Shown here: positions 59,545-64,000 of the stretch, one piece after another
Layout of the letters: every line of letters begins with the position of its first letter
How positions within the stretch are numbered: position 1 is the stretch's first letter
DNA from: the human T2T-CHM13v2.0 reference genome, Homo sapiens
NCBI RefSeq assembly: GCF_009914755.1
Contig: NC_060927.1
DNA: 64,000 bases
Strand: one strand, 5' to 3'
The notes under the pieces: generated by a model
The model's input: the letters and a program-made list of their open reading frames with translations, nothing else
Told to the model about the DNA's origin: nothing
The model's database searches: none
Translations under genes and position numbers: made by a program

Positions 59545-59772
59545 GAGGGATTGGCAAACTTTTTCTACAAAGGCCCAGACAGTCATTTTAGGCATCACAA
59601 GCCATATGGTATTTGTCAGAACTATCCAGCTCTGCTGTTGTACCACTAAGGCAGCTATACACAATACATAGATGAATAACTGTGGCTGTGTTCCAATAAA
59701 ACTTTATTTACAAAAACAAGCAGCAGACTAGAGGCTAGATTTCGCCCACAGAATATCCTTTGCCAAGTCCTG
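59545..59772 (+). mobile_element. MER58A
   Basis: TTGGCAAACTTTTTCTACAAAGGCCCAGA...GGCTGTGTTCCAATAAAACTTTATTTACAAAAACA. Confidence 0.85.
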
Positions 59773-60379
59773 AGATAATTTCATCTTTTCTTTTCAACTA
59801 AAATAGTAGCCATTCATTCAAATTTCAGTAACAGAGCAAAATCTCACTCATTCACAAGTCAAGAACAAAGTGAAAATGAATAGAAGTCTCCTTTATGCAT
59901 TTCACAAAGAAACTCAGTTGAAAGTAACACAGTTGTGAACAGCACCTGGCTGTCACCAAAAAAACTCAGCCAAGGAGAAACTCCTGGGGACCTATTTCCT
60001 CTAAGTAGTAGTACTTGGGAGCAGCATTCAACATATAGAACAGACTGGAACTTCTCAAGGGCCAGAAAAGCCCATTTTCTCTGTCTCTCTCTTCCTAACA
60101 CACTCCCTTGCCCGGGAGGTTTTAGTTGGCTCCTAGGCTGTCCAGGACAAGTTCCACTTTCATCATATGGCATACAAGACCCTCCACGACCCTCCACAAT
60201 AGGTCCTAACCTTATCTCCAGCCATCCTCCACATCCCTTCCCACTCCCTAAAGTACTCTGACAATATAAGACAACTCACTGCACCTTAAACACATCACTT
60301 GCCCACAAACTTTTGACTCCCCAGGACTACCAGAGTGACTGTTAAATTCATCATGCAAAGCATTTTTTTTTTTTTTTGA

Positions 60380-60718
<339 letters not shown>

Positions 60719-61141
60719 TTATGCCGGGACAAGAAGAATATCCCAAAGCAAACCATAATGTAGAGTCCTTTAGCCTTAATTCACAATGACTTTTCTGTTA
60801 TGAAGGCCACTGCAGTTCACTCTGGTGAATTCCTACTGATCCATCGAGACCCAGGTCAAGTATTCCTTCCTTTCCTGTTCTTTGGCTGATATCTTTATAG
60901 TAAAAGTAACCACTCTCTTATCTTTATATCTATTATAGGCTTTGTCACATAGTATAAAGTATTGTATTTCTAGTTCTAGTACACATGTACGTTTCCTTTG
61001 AGGACAGGGATGTTTCCTCTGTATACTTGGTTTTGCACTGGAGTTGGCTTATCAATTGTGCTCAACAAATGTTTATTCATTTTCTTATAATAACATAAAC
61101 AGTCAATTCGCCCTCAAAATCACTCTTTATAAAGCATAAAC

Positions 61142-61357
61142 CGGTGGTTCTCAACCATGGGTGATTTTGCCCCCCCAGAGGATAGCTGCAATGTCTGGAA
61201 AGATTTTTTATTGTTATAACCAGAGAAGATGCCATTACCATCTACTGGGGAGAGGTCAGGGATGCTGCTGAGCAGTCTACAATATACAGGCTAGTTCTCC
61301 CACAACAAAGAATTATCTAGCCCCAAATGCCAATAGTGCTGGGGTTGAGAAGCCGTG
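61142..61357 (+). mobile_element. MER20 (hAT-Charlie)
   Basis: GTGGTTCTCAACC...GGTGATTTTGCCCCCC...CACAACAAAGAATTATC...GGTTGAGAAGCC; TSD GCATAAAC/GAATAAAC. Confidence 0.88.
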
Positions 61358-61688
61358 GAATAAACCAAAAACTTCACCTCGCTTCCTCATGAGATTACTA
61401 TAAATTCTGGAATATGGAGACAGGAAATCACAAAAATTTGCAGCACATATGCCATAAGCATATTCAGAAAGCCACCACACTTCAGGAGTTGGTGTAACAT
61501 AAGACAAGTAAAAATGGCACAGGCTTGCTGTGGACGCCTGAACTGGTCTGAAAAGCTGTGTAGGTACACAGGGCTACACAGGGTGCTTTGAATGTTATTC
61601 TCATGCAGAGGTTATTACTTTGACATATGAATGACACAGCACCTATGCAGCAGAAGTAGTAACACAGTTGCACTTCCTCAGCCACCTA

Positions 61689-62094
<406 letters not shown>

Positions 62095-63370
62095 TCATTA
62101 CAAAAGTTGAATCTGAAACATTTTCAATTACCATGAAAAACAAGCGTCACTATTATATGTAAAAGAAACTCTGGAATATTTGGAGGTTATTTTCAACCAC
62201 ATCATATCATAAAAGTAATTGCTAAAGAAAAACTGAGTCATCAACTATTTAACTGTTTCCATTAGAACACATCTTTTAAGCTAGCTTCCCTAGTACAAGA
62301 AATCTCCACTCTTCAACCCTTGCTTGGTAAATTTTCCAGATAACTGACTCAAAAACGGATCACACACTTCTCTGTCTTCGTAAACTGAACAACCTATGTC
62401 AGATTTATCTTTTCTGGATGCCCAGAGTCATCTTAACTATTTTTTAAATTGTACTATACTGATATAAAAGGAACAGAGGCTTGTCCCTTCACTAAATGGC
62501 CCTAAGTGGCCTTGGTTTTAAAGGTCCTGATATAATTTTCAGGGTCACCCAATAAACAGCAGCTATTATTCCTTGTTGCAATCAGTATATCTACCGCTGG
62601 CCTTCATGCCAGCTCCTTCTCATTTGGCTTTTCCAGAAATCTAGTATAATAACCAGGAACACCTTATCTAAAACATGCGTAAAGAGGCTGAGTGAATAAT
62701 TGTGGGGTTCTACCAGGCACAGAGTCTGTAGCCCGTGAATCTTCACATCTTTGTATGTTAACACTATGGAGCTCTTCTTCTCCACCCCCACCTACTAGCC
62801 CTTGTAGTCGGGAACAGGGAGGCTGCCATACAGGTAAGGAGTAAGAAATAAAAAAGGCCCGAAAAGGATAGGTTGCATGGAGAGAATGAGGAACAAGAAG
62901 TGAGAGAAAATTCAGTGTGAACCACGACCAGTAAAAATAAGGTCATTAAACTCCCGAGGGTGAAGTTCAGGTTAGTTACATTTACAACAATTACTTTCTA
63001 CTCCTAAAGGACAAATACCTTTAAGAAAAATAATGGAGATTTGCGGATGGTATTTAAAACTCTACAGAAAATGAGCACTTAGGTCCCTATACAACTTTAA
63101 TTCGGAGGTATTGATCTTTTTAAAAAATGGCAACACATAACCAAAACATCCTGTCCATTTGGCATCTACCTTAACCTGCCTGGAAAAAAACAATCCACTA
63201 ATTGACAGTTTCAAGAATGACTCATACATCAAGGTGACTTTTAAAAGTTTATCTGCATGCTCCAAAACAGTAATTATTGTGTGTGCTACCCCCAAGTATC
63301 CTACTCTTGATTCGGAGGACACAGACCCTACCATCTACCTCAGACTTGCACAATTAACAATGCCAAGAAT

Positions 63371-63661
63371 GGCCGGGCGCAGAGCGGCTCCTGCCTGTAA
63401 TCCCAGCACTTTGGGAGGCCGAGGCAGGCGGGTTACTTGAGGTCAGGTGTTCAAGACCAGTCTGGCCAACATGCTGAAAACCCTGTCTCTACTAAAAATA
63501 TAAAAATCAGCCGGGCATGGTGGTGCATGCCTGTCTGTAGTCCTAGCTACTCAGGAGGCTGAGACAGGAGAATCATTTGAACCTGGGAGACAGAGGTTGC
63601 CGCCACTGCACTCCAGTCTGGGCGACAGTGAGACTTGTCTCCAAAAAAAAAAAAAAAAAAA
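63371..63661 (+). mobile_element. AluS with a small right-arm deletion
   Basis: TSD ATGCC(A/C)AGAAT; GAGGTTGC joined directly to CGCCACTGC. Confidence 0.92.
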
Positions 63662-64000
63662 GAATGCCCAGAATGTATATTTATACCCTTTAAACCCCAA
63701 CTGGACTAGAAGTTTAACTTGAAGCTACCAAAAGGTGTTGACAGGGAAAGACAGAAATATAAAAATCACAATCCAAAGTCAATCTATTATTAGGTCTAGG
63801 TTTATTAAATATTGATAGCATTTGATAAAAGAGCTGACTTGCACAATAGCATCGCAGAGACATCCAACTCTCAACTACCTCATTCCCAAGCCTGCATCTC
63901 CTTCACACCAGCTAGAATTAAAAAGGAAACATCCAGCTAGGATTAAAAATAAATCTTTTAGATGGTAGGTCATACATCATTGCCATAGGCACTCTAAAGG

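Noticed and set aside
59092-59664. Longest ORF in the track (190 aa, minus strand)
   Set aside because: It starts in MER58A and ends in an Alu tail, with no domain similarity or splice support

Overview
Primate (human-like) genomic DNA lying entirely inside OSBPL10 (oxysterol-binding protein-like 10, ORP10), which is transcribed on the minus strand. Only two coding exons are present: a 176-nt exon (14526-14701) and an 80-nt exon (11300-11379). They splice in frame and encode most of the PH domain (exons 2 and 3 in the usual numbering). The rest is intronic, about 49 kb of the long upstream intron and 11 kb of the downstream intron. It is densely filled with repeats: about 35 Alus, a full-length solo LTR12C (ERV9), MaLR LTRs, old L1/L2/MIR and hAT MER elements. 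Almost all ORFs in the supplied track are repeat-derived noise. The most unusual observation is a ~41-nt hairpin-forming fragment resembling the R region of an ERV1 (MER57-like) LTR, carrying its own A-tail and a 19-bp target-site duplication (52427-52522). It looks like an L1-retroposed copy of a tiny promoter-proximal, TAR-like LTR RNA. Other leads are an Alu-bracketed 256-nt exon 2-3 circle with a junction-spanning ORF, a candidate poison exon or recursive splice site, an antisense LTR12C promoter, and a composite M-box/TAATGARAT element. Repeat subfamily names come from visual recognition of consensus sequences, and boundaries of old elements are approximate.
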